The position numbers were made by a program, and so were the translations under genes. Of a DNA stretch of 32,000 nt, positions 1-9,329 are shown one piece after another. Under the pieces are notes generated by a model. That model searched no databases, had not been told where the DNA came from, and was given only the letters and a program-made list of their open reading frames with translations. The DNA lies in NCBI GenBank assembly GCA_037444185.1, contig JBBIMW010000002.1, forward strand, positions 73,433-105,432, in the 5' to 3' direction. Position 1 is the stretch's first letter. Every line of letters begins with the position of its first letter. The DNA is from Peptococcaceae bacterium. Its GTDB lineage: Bacteria; Bacillota; Desulfotomaculia; Desulfotomaculales; Desulfocucumaceae.

Positions 1-49
1 CCGGGGTGTTGGACCTTTTGAGCGGCTTACGCGGGCCTGATTGCCGTAT

Positions 50-994
50 TTAGGAGGCTGTATCCCGGTCTTCGAATCTGGGGCGCGGGTAGAGGCCCGT
101 CCGCTCTACAATTTCAGGCACCACCTCTTCCCAGGCGATGGCCATGATGTGAACTCCGTGCACCCCCTTGACATTTTCTTTGATATATTTGATTTGTTCT
201 ATGGCCACCTCGATGCCTTCACGCTTTTGGTCTTCGGCCTTTTTGAGGCGCTCCACCAGGGAGTCAGGCACCAGCATGCCGGATACTCCGGTCTGCAGAT
301 ATTTGGCCGCCCGCCAGCCCTTCAGGGGGGTTATGCCGGCCAGTATGCGCACCCTCTGGTCGATTCCCCTGGATCTGACCATCTCCATGAAACGCTCGAA
401 TCTTTCCATGTCAAATATGCACTGGGTCTGGATGAATTCGGCTCCGGCCTCCACTTTCTTTTCCAAACGGTCCACCCGGAACTCGAAGGGATCGGCGAAG
501 GGATTGGCCACCGCGCCGATGTAGAACCTGGGTTCATGCTCCTTTATTGCTTCTCCCGACAGGAATTTTTTTTCGTCCCGCATCCTGCGCACCATCTGAA
601 CAAGCTGTAAGGAGTCGATATCGTAAACATTTTTGGACATGGGGTGATTGCCAAATTTCTGATGGTCGCCGGAAAGGCACAATACATTCCTCATGCCAAG
701 GCTGTATGCCCCCATCAGGTCCGATTGCATGGCGATCCGGTTCCTGTCCCGGCAGGTCATCTGTACTATGGGCTCAATGCCGCAGTCCAGTATGTGCACA
801 CCAGCGGCGATACTGCTCAAACGCACAATGGCGGTTTGGCAGTCGGTGATGTTGGTGGCGTCCACGTGATTAACCAGCATGTGGGCGTGGTGCCTGATGC
901 CGTGGGCGGATGCGTGCTTGGGGGGGCCGATTTCAGCGGTCACCGCAAATTGACCGCTTTCAAAAATGCGATGAAGTTTGCTTAAATAGCTCAT
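50..994 (-). CDS. metF: Methylenetetrahydrofolate reductase, catalytic subunit (acetogen MetF type)
   Basis: 314-aa ORF with an MTHFR-like sequence (FAVTAEIGPPK, NITDCQ, LCLSGDH, FIQTQ). Its ATG overlaps the metV stop (ATGA at 991-994). It is the last gene of the hdr-mvhD-metV-metF arrangement known from Moorella-type clusters. Confidence 0.88.
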   Translation of the reverse strand: MSYLSKLHRIFESGQFAVTAEIGPPKHASAHGIRHHAHMLVNHVDATNITDCQTAIVRLSSIAAGVHILDCGIEPIVQMTCRDRNRIAMQSDLMGAYSLGMRNVLCLSGDHQKFGNHPMSKNVYDIDSLQLVQMVRRMRDEKKFLSGEAIKEHEPRFYIGAVANPFADPFEFRVDRLEKKVEAGAEFIQTQCIFDMERFERFMEMVRSRGIDQRVRILAGITPLKGWRAAKYLQTGVSGMLVPDSLVERLKKAEDQKREGIEVAIEQIKYIKENVKGVHGVHIMAIAWEEVVPEIVERTGLYPRPRFEDRDTAS

Positions 995-1659
995 CCGATC
1001 ATCACATCCTCTCTGACAGCCCTGCGGGGGCCGCCGTCCCTGGATGTGGACCAGTCTTTGGGCGGCTGTATTTCCAACAGCCTGTCAATCTTGCCCAGCT
1101 TTTTCATGCGGTCGTATATGAGCTGCCAGGCACAGTCCACATCTTTGCTTATTTCGCACTTGCCGTACTGTGAACCGCCGCAGGGACCGTTTAATATGCT
1201 CTTGGAGCAGCGTATGACCGGGCAGATACCACCGGTTTTATGCAGTATGCAGGCCCCGCAAAGTCCGCATTTTTCCTCCCAGATACCATGCACCGTGGAA
1301 CCGCCTATGAAGTCTGTGTTCAGAGCCGGCACCACCCATTTGTCGAAACGCTCCGCCAGGTATTGCACTCCTACGCCGCAAGCCAGGGAGATGATGGCGT
1401 CCACATCCTTCACCAGTCCCTCCAGGGCATCCACATATTCCGGGTCGCACTGGCGGGTGGCGGTGAAGGTGACGGTTTCCAGCGGGTTGCCCTCCAGCCT
1501 GCGCATGATGCGCAGGGCCGAGGCCATTATTTCGGTTTCCTTTTCACCCCCGGAAAGGCAAACCGTGACACACCCGGCGCACCCGATCAGCGCCACCCTT
1601 TTGCAGTCTCCCACCATGGTGGCTATTTCCTTGATGGGCTTTTGCTGGGCAATAATCAT
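991..1659 (-). CDS. metV: MetV, Cys-rich small subunit of methylene-THF reductase (MTHFR C-terminal-domain family)
   Basis: 222-aa ORF with multiple Cys motifs (GCAGCVTVC, CGLCGAC, CPVIRC, GPCGG, GKCE). It is translationally coupled on both sides (ATGA at 1656-1659 and 991-994) and lies immediately upstream of metF. Confidence 0.85.
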   Translation of the reverse strand: MIIAQQKPIKEIATMVGDCKRVALIGCAGCVTVCLSGGEKETEIMASALRIMRRLEGNPLETVTFTATRQCDPEYVDALEGLVKDVDAIISLACGVGVQYLAERFDKWVVPALNTDFIGGSTVHGIWEEKCGLCGACILHKTGGICPVIRCSKSILNGPCGGSQYGKCEISKDVDCAWQLIYDRMKKLGKIDRLLEIQPPKDWSTSRDGGPRRAVREDVMIG

Positions 1660-2117
1660 TCAGAACCACCTTCTTTCATGCAGCCGCAGTGGCAACCGCA
1701 GTGGCAGCCCGCATTATTCAGAGGATTTGGGCCCAACTCCCTGATGCGGGCGGTCATCTCGTTGGAGATTTCTGCAAAGCGCCCGCCCTGGGCGGAAGAG
1801 AGATTGTACATTTCCAGCCTGTTCCCGCCCAAACCTATTTCGTCCAATAGTTTTTTCACTGCGCTTACGCGTTTTCTTGCCCTGAAATTTCCTTTCAGGA
1901 AGTGACAGTCACCCTCCAGGCAACCGGCCACCAGCACACCGTCCGCTCCTTCTTCAAAGGCGTTCAGTATAACGCGGTGATCTATATTGCCGGAGCATGT
2001 CATTTCCACCACCCTTATATTGGGTGAATACTGGAGCCTCATCGAACCTGCCAGGTCCGCAGCGGAGTAAGCTCAGTAGTGACAGCAGAAAGCCACTATT
2101 TTGGGTTCAAATCCCAC
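1656..2117 (-). CDS. mvhD: MvhD-like [2Fe-2S] electron-transfer protein, paralog 1, with in-frame UGA (probable Sec) at 2073-2075
   Basis: The track ORF 1656..2042 begins mid-domain. The same frame stays open upstream to a GTG at 2115-2117, which has AGGAGG 9 nt upstream, and is interrupted only by TGA at 2073-2075. Read-through gives (M)GFEPKIVAFCCHYUAYSAADLAGSMRLQYSPNIRVV. This aligns residue for residue with paralog 2 ([37 protein letters not shown]), and U sits on a Cys. The start overlaps the hdrA stop by 11 nt. Confidence 0.75.
2043..2059 (-). promoter_or_regulatory. Candidate bacterial SECIS hairpin for mvhD paralog 1
   Basis: The minus-strand RNA CGGACCU-GGC-AGGUUCG forms a 7-bp stem (one G-U pair) with a 3-nt G-containing loop. 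It starts exactly 13 nt 3' of the UGA, the same geometry as the hairpin after the UGA of paralog 2. Confidence 0.45.
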
Positions 2118-5100
2118 CTTGCCGCACCTCCTTGCAAAGGCCTTTGATCATGCCCATATACATTTTGTCGTTGTAACCCTGTAGAGCAATGGCTTTGTTG
2201 GGGCACTCACCGGCGCAACTGCCGCACCCCTGGCAGAGAACCGCAGCTATTTCAGCGGCATAATTCCTTACCTTGGGCGCACCGTAAGGGCACAGCCGCA
2301 CGCAGGTCAGACACGCCGCACACTTGTCCGGCTGCACCACAGCCACCACACCGTGGGATTCAAGTTCACTCTTGGCCAGTATGGCGCCCGCCCTTCCGGC
2401 CGCCGCCCTGGCCTGGGCGATATTTTCCTCGATGTTCTTGGGACCGTGGGCCAAACCTGCCATGAATATCCCTTCGGAGGCGAAATCCACCGGGCGCAGT
2501 TTCATGTGGGCCTCCAAAAAGAAACCGTCTGTATTCATGGGGACTTTGAGCAGCTCATTCATCTTTTTGCAGTCGGGAGAAGCCAATATTGCCGCCGCCA
2601 GGCCCAGAACGTCGGCATCGATGACCAGCGGCTGCCCCAGCACATGGTCGGTGACAGTAACCTTTAACTTGCCGTCGACTTCCTCCACCTGAGGTTTCTG
2701 ATCGGCGCTGTACCGGATAAATATAACTCCTTTACGTCGGGCCTCGCTGTAAAGATCCTCAAAATAACCGTAGGTTCTGATGTCGCGGTACAATATGAAC
2801 ACCCTGGCATCCGGGTTTTTGTCCTTGAGCTTAAGCGCCAGATTGACCGATTTGGAGCAGCATACCCTGCTGCAGTACGGCCTCGCCGGTTCTCTGGAGC
2901 CCACGCACTGGATCAGCGCCACGGTGTCGGCGCGGGTCACTCTGCCGTCACCGGCGGCAATGGCCTCCTCAATCTCCAGCTGGGTCATAACCCTTTCGTT
3001 CCGGCCGTACAGATATTCCTCCGGCTTGTATTCGGCCCCGCCGACGGCAATGATAATCACACCGTGCTGGATCTCCTCTCCATTGGACAGGGTGGTAACA
3101 AAATTGCCCACAAAGCCCTTGGTGTCCAACGCCTCTGTGCCGGTAAAAAGCAATATGCCGGGGTGTGACTTGACCTTTTCAATCAGTTCGGACAGGTAGG
3201 ACTGTACGTCCTCTCCCCTTAAGCCTTGCTTGACACGTCTGGCATTGCCCCCTAATTGGTCCGATTTTTCCACCAGATAGACTTTATAGCCCTGACCGGC
3301 CAGGGAGAGGGCGCTATTCATGCCTGACACGCCCCCGCCTATGACCAGGGCGGCCTTGGTGACGCTTACGGCCTCCTGGTGTATGGGATCCAGCAGGGCG
3401 GCCTTGTAAACCGCCATCCTGACCAAGTCCTTGGCCTTCAGTGTGGCATTTTCCGGCTCATTCTGGTGCACCCAGGAACATTGATCCCGGATGTTGGCCA
3501 TTTCAAACAGATACCGGTTGAGGCCGGACTCCATCATGGTTTCCTGAAACAGGGGCTTATGGGTCCTGGGACTACAGGATGCCACCACCACCCTGTTCAG
3601 CCTGTTTTCGTCGATAATCTGCCGCATGGTGTTCTGGCTGTCCTGGGAGCATGCGTACAGGTATTCGCCGGAATACACCACATTGGGCAATGCCCTGGCT
3701 GTTTCCACCACTCCGGGCACATTCACCACGCTTCCTATGTTCACACCACAGTGGCAGACGAACACCCCTATGCGGGGATCCTCTCCGGCGACATTCTTCT
3801 CTCCAGGATATTCCTTCTTCCTGACCAGGGTTCCCCGGGAGACGGACAGGAATTCGGAGGACTCGCCGGCTGCGGCGCTGGCCTGCATCACTGTTTCGGG
3901 GATGTCCTTGGGACCGCAGAAGGTCCCCGCCACGAAGAACCCCGGCCTGCCAGCGCTTACACCGGTCAGGGGGACAGTATCCGCAAAGCCGTACTGATTC
4001 ATTTCCAGTCCCAGCTTCCGCCCCAGCTCCGTCACCGACCGGTGGGGCTGCAACCCCACCGACAGCACCACCAGATCAAACTCTTCGGTGATGATGGCGC
4101 CATCTTCGTTGGCATAGCGAATAATCAGATTCTTGGATTCATCGTCCTTCTGAGTGACTTCGTACACTCTCGATCTGACAAATCGTACCCCCAGCTCTTC
4201 CCTGGCGCGGTCGTAATATTTTTCAAAGCCCTTGCCGAAAGTGCGCATATCCATAAAGAATATGGTGGTTTCCAGCGGTTCGTGGCTGTGTTCTTTGGCG
4301 ATGACGGCCTCTTTGATGGCGTACATGCAGCACACCGACGAGCAGTAGCCGTGTTTCTCCCTTATATTCCTGGACCCCACGCACTGTATCCAGGCAATTT
4401 TTTTAGGCTCCTTCTTGTCTCGGGGCCTTAACATATGACCCTGGAATGGTCCCGAGGCGCTCAGTATCCTTTCAAATTCAAGGCTGGTCACCACATTGGG
4501 GAATTTGCCGTAGCCGTAATAGAACAGATCCCCAGCGTTGAATGTTTCAAAACCGGGGCTGAGCACTACTGCACCGACATTCAGCTCGACGACATCTTCC
4601 CCCATTTCGTGGTTGATGGCACCGGTTTTGCAGACCTCCAGGCATTTTCCGCAGGAGTTGGGTTTTTTGAAGTTGAGACATCTCCCGGGATCTATGGTAT
4701 AAGCGTTGGGATATGCCTGGGCGTACTGCTTGTATATGGCTTTCCTTAATCCCAGATTCTGGTTGTATTCATCCTTCACCTTAACCGGGCACTTTTCCGC
4801 GCAGGATCCGCAGCCCGTGCACTTTTCTTCATCCACAAAGCGGGGGGACCGCCGCACCTTGACTGTGAAATTCCCCGGATCCCCGGTGATTTCCTCTATA
4901 TCCGAGTTGGTCAGTATGCTGATGTTCAGATGGCGTCCGCATTCCACCAGTTTGGGTGACAATATGCACATGGAACAGTCGTTGGTGGGAAAAGTCTTGT
5001 CCAACATGGGCATTTTACCGCCTATGGCCGGGCTGCTCTCCACCAGATACACGAAATAACCCGACTCCGCCAGGTCCAGGGAGGCCTGTATGCCGGCGAT

Positions 5101-5145
5101 GCCGGCCCCCACCACCATCACGGCCCCTATTTTTTCAGTACTCAT
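2107..5145 (-). CDS. hdrA: Large HdrA-like flavoprotein (1012 aa) with two FAD-binding thioredoxin-reductase-like modules and several [4Fe-4S] motifs
   Basis: Two GxGxxG dinucleotide folds ([19 protein letters not shown]; [19 protein letters not shown]). Two CVGSR..YCS.VCC motifs. An internal HdrA N-domain signature ([12 protein letters not shown]). CxxCxxCxxxCP motifs (CTGCGSCAEKCP; CAACLTCVRLCP; CQGCGSCAGECP). Confidence 0.9.
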   Translation of the reverse strand: MSTEKIGAVMVVGAGIAGIQASLDLAESGYFVYLVESSPAIGGKMPMLDKTFPTNDCSMCILSPKLVECGRHLNISILTNSDIEEITGDPGNFTVKVRRSPRFVDEEKCTGCGSCAEKCPVKVKDEYNQNLGLRKAIYKQYAQAYPNAYTIDPGRCLNFKKPNSCGKCLEVCKTGAINHEMGEDVVELNVGAVVLSPGFETFNAGDLFYYGYGKFPNVVTSLEFERILSASGPFQGHMLRPRDKKEPKKIAWIQCVGSRNIREKHGYCSSVCCMYAIKEAVIAKEHSHEPLETTIFFMDMRTFGKGFEKYYDRAREELGVRFVRSRVYEVTQKDDESKNLIIRYANEDGAIITEEFDLVVLSVGLQPHRSVTELGRKLGLEMNQYGFADTVPLTGVSAGRPGFFVAGTFCGPKDIPETVMQASAAAGESSEFLSVSRGTLVRKKEYPGEKNVAGEDPRIGVFVCHCGVNIGSVVNVPGVVETARALPNVVYSGEYLYACSQDSQNTMRQIIDENRLNRVVVASCSPRTHKPLFQETMMESGLNRYLFEMANIRDQCSWVHQNEPENATLKAKDLVRMAVYKAALLDPIHQEAVSVTKAALVIGGGVSGMNSALSLAGQGYKVYLVEKSDQLGGNARRVKQGLRGEDVQSYLSELIEKVKSHPGILLFTGTEALDTKGFVGNFVTTLSNGEEIQHGVIIIAVGGAEYKPEEYLYGRNERVMTQLEIEEAIAAGDGRVTRADTVALIQCVGSREPARPYCSRVCCSKSVNLALKLKDKNPDARVFILYRDIRTYGYFEDLYSEARRKGVIFIRYSADQKPQVEEVDGKLKVTVTDHVLGQPLVIDADVLGLAAAILASPDCKKMNELLKVPMNTDGFFLEAHMKLRPVDFASEGIFMAGLAHGPKNIEENIAQARAAAGRAGAILAKSELESHGVVAVVQPDKCAACLTCVRLCPYGAPKVRNYAAEIAAVLCQGCGSCAGECPNKAIALQGYNDKMYMGMIKGLCKEVRQGGI

Positions 5146-5181
5146 TCGGCATCCGTCCTCTCATAAGGTGTAAATCCGGAT

Positions 5182-6420
5182 TCACTCTTTCTCCGGCATA
5201 ATAAGGGCTCGCTCCATTAATGCGCACATGTGCATATTTTTGGATTTACCCTTGGTGTCGGGATACCACTTGTTCAGGTCATTCATCTGATCCATGCAGT
5301 TGTGGCATGGCACTATAACGATCTGGGCCCCGGTGGCCATCACCTGATCCACCTTGCGCTTGCCCTTCAGCTTCCTCTTTTCGTTGAATTCCGGCATGGC
5401 CATGCCTCCGCCGCCGGCGCCGCAGCAGTAATTCATCCTGCCGCCAGGGTTCATGTCCACGAAATTCTTGATAAAGCTCCGGGCCAGTTCTCTGGGAACA
5501 TCCCAGACCCCCTCCTTGCGGGCTGTGTTACAGGGGTCATGGTAAGTGACCACCTCTGATATTGCGTCCGGGTTCAGTTTAAGGCTGCCGTCTTTTACCA
5601 GATCGTTGAGTAGCTCCAATATGTGGCGGATGGGGAACATTTCCCCCTTCCAGAAGGTCCTTTGTCCCCACTTCATGGAGCGGAAGGCGTGTCCGCACTC
5701 GGTGACTATGAATTCCTCACAGCCCAGATTGACGAATTCCTCCCATATGGGCATGGATATTTCCACGAAGTCGTCGTTCTTGCCGGTGAAGAGGGCCACG
5801 TTGGTGGCGTCCCAGCGCTTGGTGCTGATGGTGTAATCTATCCCTGTGGCATAAAATATCTTCAGTGTGGTTTGCAGTTCCTGGGGATAATACTTTATGT
5901 CCCTGGCGTTGAATCCATAGAAGTATTTGGCCCCTTTTTTATTTAAAGGAATGGTGTAGTCGGGGTCGTCCAGTTCGCTCTGCAGTTCCTCCTGGATCCA
6001 CTCCAGCGTCTCTTCGTAGTCCACCTGGCTGACGTTCATCTGGTTGCCGGACTCAATGTGCTCTCTTACGATGGTCTGCAGGTATCCGGGGATCTTATCC
6101 CTGTCCCAGGTGCCCCTAAGGTTGCGTACGATGATGGCTATGTTGATGTTCATGGGGCACTCCACGGTGCAGCGCTCGCACATGGTGCAGTACCAGATAT
6201 AGGGATCGGCGAACACCTCCTCCTCCATACCCAGCAGAACCTTGCGCAGGAACTTGCGCGGGTCCTGGTTTTCATGGATGTCGGAGTATGGGCACCCGGC
6301 GGTGCACATGCCGCAGGCCAGGCACTGGGTGAAGTCTATGTTCTTCACCAGTCCGGCCACTCTTTCGCGGAACTTGGGATTGAATCTTGACGCCTGAATG
6401 GTTTCGATGGCATTTTCCAT
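5182..6420 (-). CDS. HdrD-like (fused HdrC/HdrB) heterodisulfide-reductase-related Fe-S protein
   Basis: Two ferredoxin motifs (CLACGMCTAGCP, CTMCERCTVECP) are followed by CCG-type Cys-rich regions (HDPCNTAR, NYCCGAGGG, VPCHNC). The track start is 6468, but the ATG at 6420 has GGGGAGGAG 9 nt upstream, so I prefer it. Confidence 0.82.
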   Translation of the reverse strand: MENAIETIQASRFNPKFRERVAGLVKNIDFTQCLACGMCTAGCPYSDIHENQDPRKFLRKVLLGMEEEVFADPYIWYCTMCERCTVECPMNINIAIIVRNLRGTWDRDKIPGYLQTIVREHIESGNQMNVSQVDYEETLEWIQEELQSELDDPDYTIPLNKKGAKYFYGFNARDIKYYPQELQTTLKIFYATGIDYTISTKRWDATNVALFTGKNDDFVEISMPIWEEFVNLGCEEFIVTECGHAFRSMKWGQRTFWKGEMFPIRHILELLNDLVKDGSLKLNPDAISEVVTYHDPCNTARKEGVWDVPRELARSFIKNFVDMNPGGRMNYCCGAGGGGMAMPEFNEKRKLKGKRKVDQVMATGAQIVIVPCHNCMDQMNDLNKWYPDTKGKSKNMHMCALMERALIMPEKE

Positions 6421-6506
6421 AAATCGATGCTCCTCCCCTCTACGGATTTTGTTATCAGTATTTTCCATTCAGAACCTGATTTTACAGAACAGCATTTCCA
6501 ATGCGG

Positions 6507-7349
6507 CTAATATTCGCCGGGGAGCTGGTTCAGTTCCGCCTTGGTGAACACCGGTCCGTCCTTGCAGACGTACTTGTTGCCCACGTTACAGCGGCCGCAC
6601 ATGCCTATGCCGCACTTCATGCGGTTTTCCAGCGACATGATGACCTGCTCCGGCATGAAGCCGCAGGCCTCCAGCTCGGGCATGGTGAATTTGATCATCA
6701 CCGGCGGGCCGCAGATGATGGCCACGGAGTTTTCCGAGTTGGGCGCCACTTCCTTGGTGACCGCCGGGACGAACCCCACCCTGCGGGTCCACCCTTCCAC
6801 CGGGCGGTCGATGGTGCACACCAGGTCTATATCCGAACGGCTGTCCCAATCCTCCAGCTCGTCTTTGTAGAGAAGCAGTCCGGGGTTCCGGGCGCCGTAA
6901 ATCACGGTCAGCTTGCCGTAGTCCCCCCTGTGTTCGGGCTCCAGTATATAGGTGATCAGAGACCGCAAAGTGGTGAAGGCGAATCCCCCGCCGATGATTA
7001 CTATATTCTTGCCCTTCATCTGTTCCACCGGGTAATGGTTGCCCAGGGGTCCCCGCACGCCGGCGGTGGTTCCTTCCTCCATCAGGTGCAGGGCGGTGGA
7101 AACCACTCCCACCTTGGCCACGGAAAACTTGAGGAATCCCGGCTCGGTGGGGGATGAGGCGATGCCGAAGGGGGCCTCGCCTTTTCCAAACACGCACACT
7201 TCGGCGAACTGGCCGGGCATGTACGGAAAGCTTTTTTCATCATCTTCGCTGAGGAACTGGAAGGTAAATGTGTGAATAAGCCTGTCCTCGGTTTCAGTAA
7301 AGTTTTTTACCAGTTTCACCGGGAGCGGCAGATACGGGTTCCTCTGCAT
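6507..7349 (-). CDS. FAD/NAD(P)-binding oxidoreductase with C-terminal [2Fe-2S] (FlxA / AsrB / sulfhydrogenase-gamma family)
   Basis: 280 aa with a ferredoxin-reductase-type fold (PGQF..FGIAS, IVIIGGGFAFTTL) and a C-terminal CGIGMCGRCNV..C motif. Its ATG overlaps the upstream stop (TAATG at 7347-7351). Confidence 0.8.
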   Translation of the reverse strand: MQRNPYLPLPVKLVKNFTETEDRLIHTFTFQFLSEDDEKSFPYMPGQFAEVCVFGKGEAPFGIASSPTEPGFLKFSVAKVGVVSTALHLMEEGTTAGVRGPLGNHYPVEQMKGKNIVIIGGGFAFTTLRSLITYILEPEHRGDYGKLTVIYGARNPGLLLYKDELEDWDSRSDIDLVCTIDRPVEGWTRRVGFVPAVTKEVAPNSENSVAIICGPPVMIKFTMPELEACGFMPEQVIMSLENRMKCGIGMCGRCNVGNKYVCKDGPVFTKAELNQLPGEY

Positions 7350-8365
7350 TATTTATCCGACCTCCCTTCCTCCTGGATATCCGCCAATATTTCCCGGATA
7401 TCCAGATTCACGGGGCAGTTTTTGATGCACCGGCCGCAGCCCACGCAGGCCATGGCGTTGAAATTGTCCACGAAGTACTTGAATTTGTGCATTATCCTCT
7501 GGCGCATACGCTCCTTGCCGCCGGGACGCGGGTTGTGGCCGGATCCGTGCATGGTAAACAGAGGGAACATGCAGGAGTCCCAGTTTCTCACCCGGCATCC
7601 GTTGCAGTCCACCGCTTCATCCACAATGTCGAAACAGTGGCAGGTGGGGCATGAGTACGTACAGGCTGCGCAGCCCAGGCATTTTTCGTGGAAACGTTCC
7701 CAAATGGCATGGTAGAAATTAATATCCAGCTTTGCCTTTAGTTCACCGGTGTTGACCCGGCAGGTCAGCTCCGCGGCTTCCCTGGCTTTGGCGGCAGCTT
7801 CATTTTGTTCGTCGCCGGAGTCCCCCAGCCCAAATTTTTCCACCAGGGCTTTGCCTGCGTCGCTCAAGGCCTCCACCAGATAGGCGTCGCCGATATCGGT
7901 CAGCAGGACATCCAGGCCGGTTTTGTCAAAGGGGCCGCTGTCCATGGAGGTGCAAAAGCAGGTGCCGGCCGGGTTTATACAGGCCATCCCCACCAGCAGG
8001 GTATTTTCCCTCCTGGTCATGTAATAGGGATCCGTGTATTGATCGTTTTTGAACACGTTGTCCAGCAGTAAAAGGCTTCTGGCGTCGCAGGGACGCAGTC
8101 CGAAGACCACCTTTTTGCCGCTGTCGATGCAGTCCTCTATTTTTGCCCCTTCCCCGGTCAGGCTGTAACAGAAGAGCTTCTCAGACTGAGGGAAAAGGAC
8201 CCCCTTGGGAGGGATTTTGCTGTTGGCATAATCGAAGCAGGCTTCGCCGCCGGCAGTGATTTTTTTGAACAGAGAATAATAGCCCTCCTTCACCGGGGCA
8301 TAAACCTCGTATTCGCCGATCAGTTTATCCAGCAGGTCTGGCAGTGCGCTTTTCGACATAATCAT
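7349..8365 (-). CDS. Fe-S subunit, FlxB / AsrA / sulfhydrogenase-beta-like
   Basis: Contains CLGCAACTYSCPTCHC and CVGCGRCIKNCP motifs and lies next to the FlxA-like gene. The track start is GTG 8374. The ATG at 8365 has GAGGTG 6 nt upstream. Confidence 0.75.
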   Translation of the reverse strand: MIMSKSALPDLLDKLIGEYEVYAPVKEGYYSLFKKITAGGEACFDYANSKIPPKGVLFPQSEKLFCYSLTGEGAKIEDCIDSGKKVVFGLRPCDARSLLLLDNVFKNDQYTDPYYMTRRENTLLVGMACINPAGTCFCTSMDSGPFDKTGLDVLLTDIGDAYLVEALSDAGKALVEKFGLGDSGDEQNEAAAKAREAAELTCRVNTGELKAKLDINFYHAIWERFHEKCLGCAACTYSCPTCHCFDIVDEAVDCNGCRVRNWDSCMFPLFTMHGSGHNPRPGGKERMRQRIMHKFKYFVDNFNAMACVGCGRCIKNCPVNLDIREILADIQEEGRSDK

Positions 8366-8375
8366 CCTTTTCACC

Positions 8376-9329
8376 TCACTCCTTCACCAGGAAAGGTTGC
8401 GGGTCGTCGGCTTTGAAGGTGTTCAGGGCTGGTTTTTCCTCCAGGCTGACACCGGCTTCGCAGCCGAACAGCTCCTTCACTTCCTTGACCATTTTGCGCG
8501 TCATGCCGCGCAGGTTGATGCCCATGGGGCAGGCCCTGTCGCAGGCGCCGCAGTCCGCGCAGCGCCCGGCGCTGTGGAACACCCGGCCGGCCTGGAACAT
8601 AATATTGTCGTCCACATCCGGTGTTTTCTTGATCCAGGCCGGGGTGGAGCAGTCCACAAAGCATTCGGCGCAATAGCACATGGGGCAGGCGTTGCGGCAC
8701 GCATAGCAACGAATGCACTTGAAAAACTCGGCGGCCAGGGTGGCCCTGCGCTCCGCCGGGGAAAGGGCCTCGAAGGCGGTCACGTCGTCGAAGTCTTCCC
8801 CGGGCTTGGCCGGCACCGCTTCCCCCACCAGCACGTCGCAAAGCACAGGGTTGCCGTGGCGGCATACCTTGCAGGTATCGTGGAAGAGGTCCTCCAGCTT
8901 CATTTCCCTGGCAAATCCCTTGCCCCTGATCACCAGGGTATCCCCCTTGTCCTCCACCTCCAGTATATCCCTGCCGTCCACCGCCTCGTCCGCCTTTGCC
9001 CGGTCCACCATGCCGGAGCAGGGGACGCCGATGATGTAAACATTCTCACGGTTAATCTGGTTTTCATTTATCAAGGCAACTATGGATCGCACGTCGCAGC
9101 CCTTGGCCACCACCGCCACCCTGCCCTCCCGCCGGCGCAGGTAATTGGCCAGGTTGTTCTCGCAGGAATAATTCCAGATAAGTTCTGAGGCGTCTTCCGG
9201 CCTGCGAATAAAGCAGGGAGTGCTGCGAAGAGGCAGGCTGCCCCCGGCAAATCCCACCACCAGGTCAACCTTCTTTTCTTCCAGCAGTTTCTTTGCCAAA
9301 TCCTGTATCGCTGAATCTAGCTTTTGCAT
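8376..9329 (-). CDS. Fe-S subunit, FlxC-like (2x[4Fe-4S] ferredoxin domain after an N-terminal alpha/beta domain)
   Basis: Contains CIRCYACRNACPMCYC and CADCGACDRACP motifs. The ATG at 9329 (GGGGTG 9 nt upstream) overlaps the mvhD-2 stop. The track alternative is GTG 9341. Confidence 0.7.
   Translation of the reverse strand: MQKLDSAIQDLAKKLLEEKKVDLVVGFAGGSLPLRSTPCFIRRPEDASELIWNYSCENNLANYLRRREGRVAVVAKGCDVRSIVALINENQINRENVYIIGVPCSGMVDRAKADEAVDGRDILEVEDKGDTLVIRGKGFAREMKLEDLFHDTCKVCRHGNPVLCDVLVGEAVPAKPGEDFDDVTAFEALSPAERRATLAAEFFKCIRCYACRNACPMCYCAECFVDCSTPAWIKKTPDVDDNIMFQAGRVFHSAGRCADCGACDRACPMGINLRGMTRKMVKEVKELFGCEAGVSLEEKPALNTFKADDPQPFLVKE

Noticed and set aside
8371-8865. Alternative-frame minus-strand ORFs overlapping real genes (8371..8865, 6586..7197, 14500..14865, 13418..13726 and others).
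   Set aside because: They are out-of-frame overlaps of well-supported Fe-S or CFeSP genes, with Arg/Pro/Gly-rich composition and no recognisable motifs.
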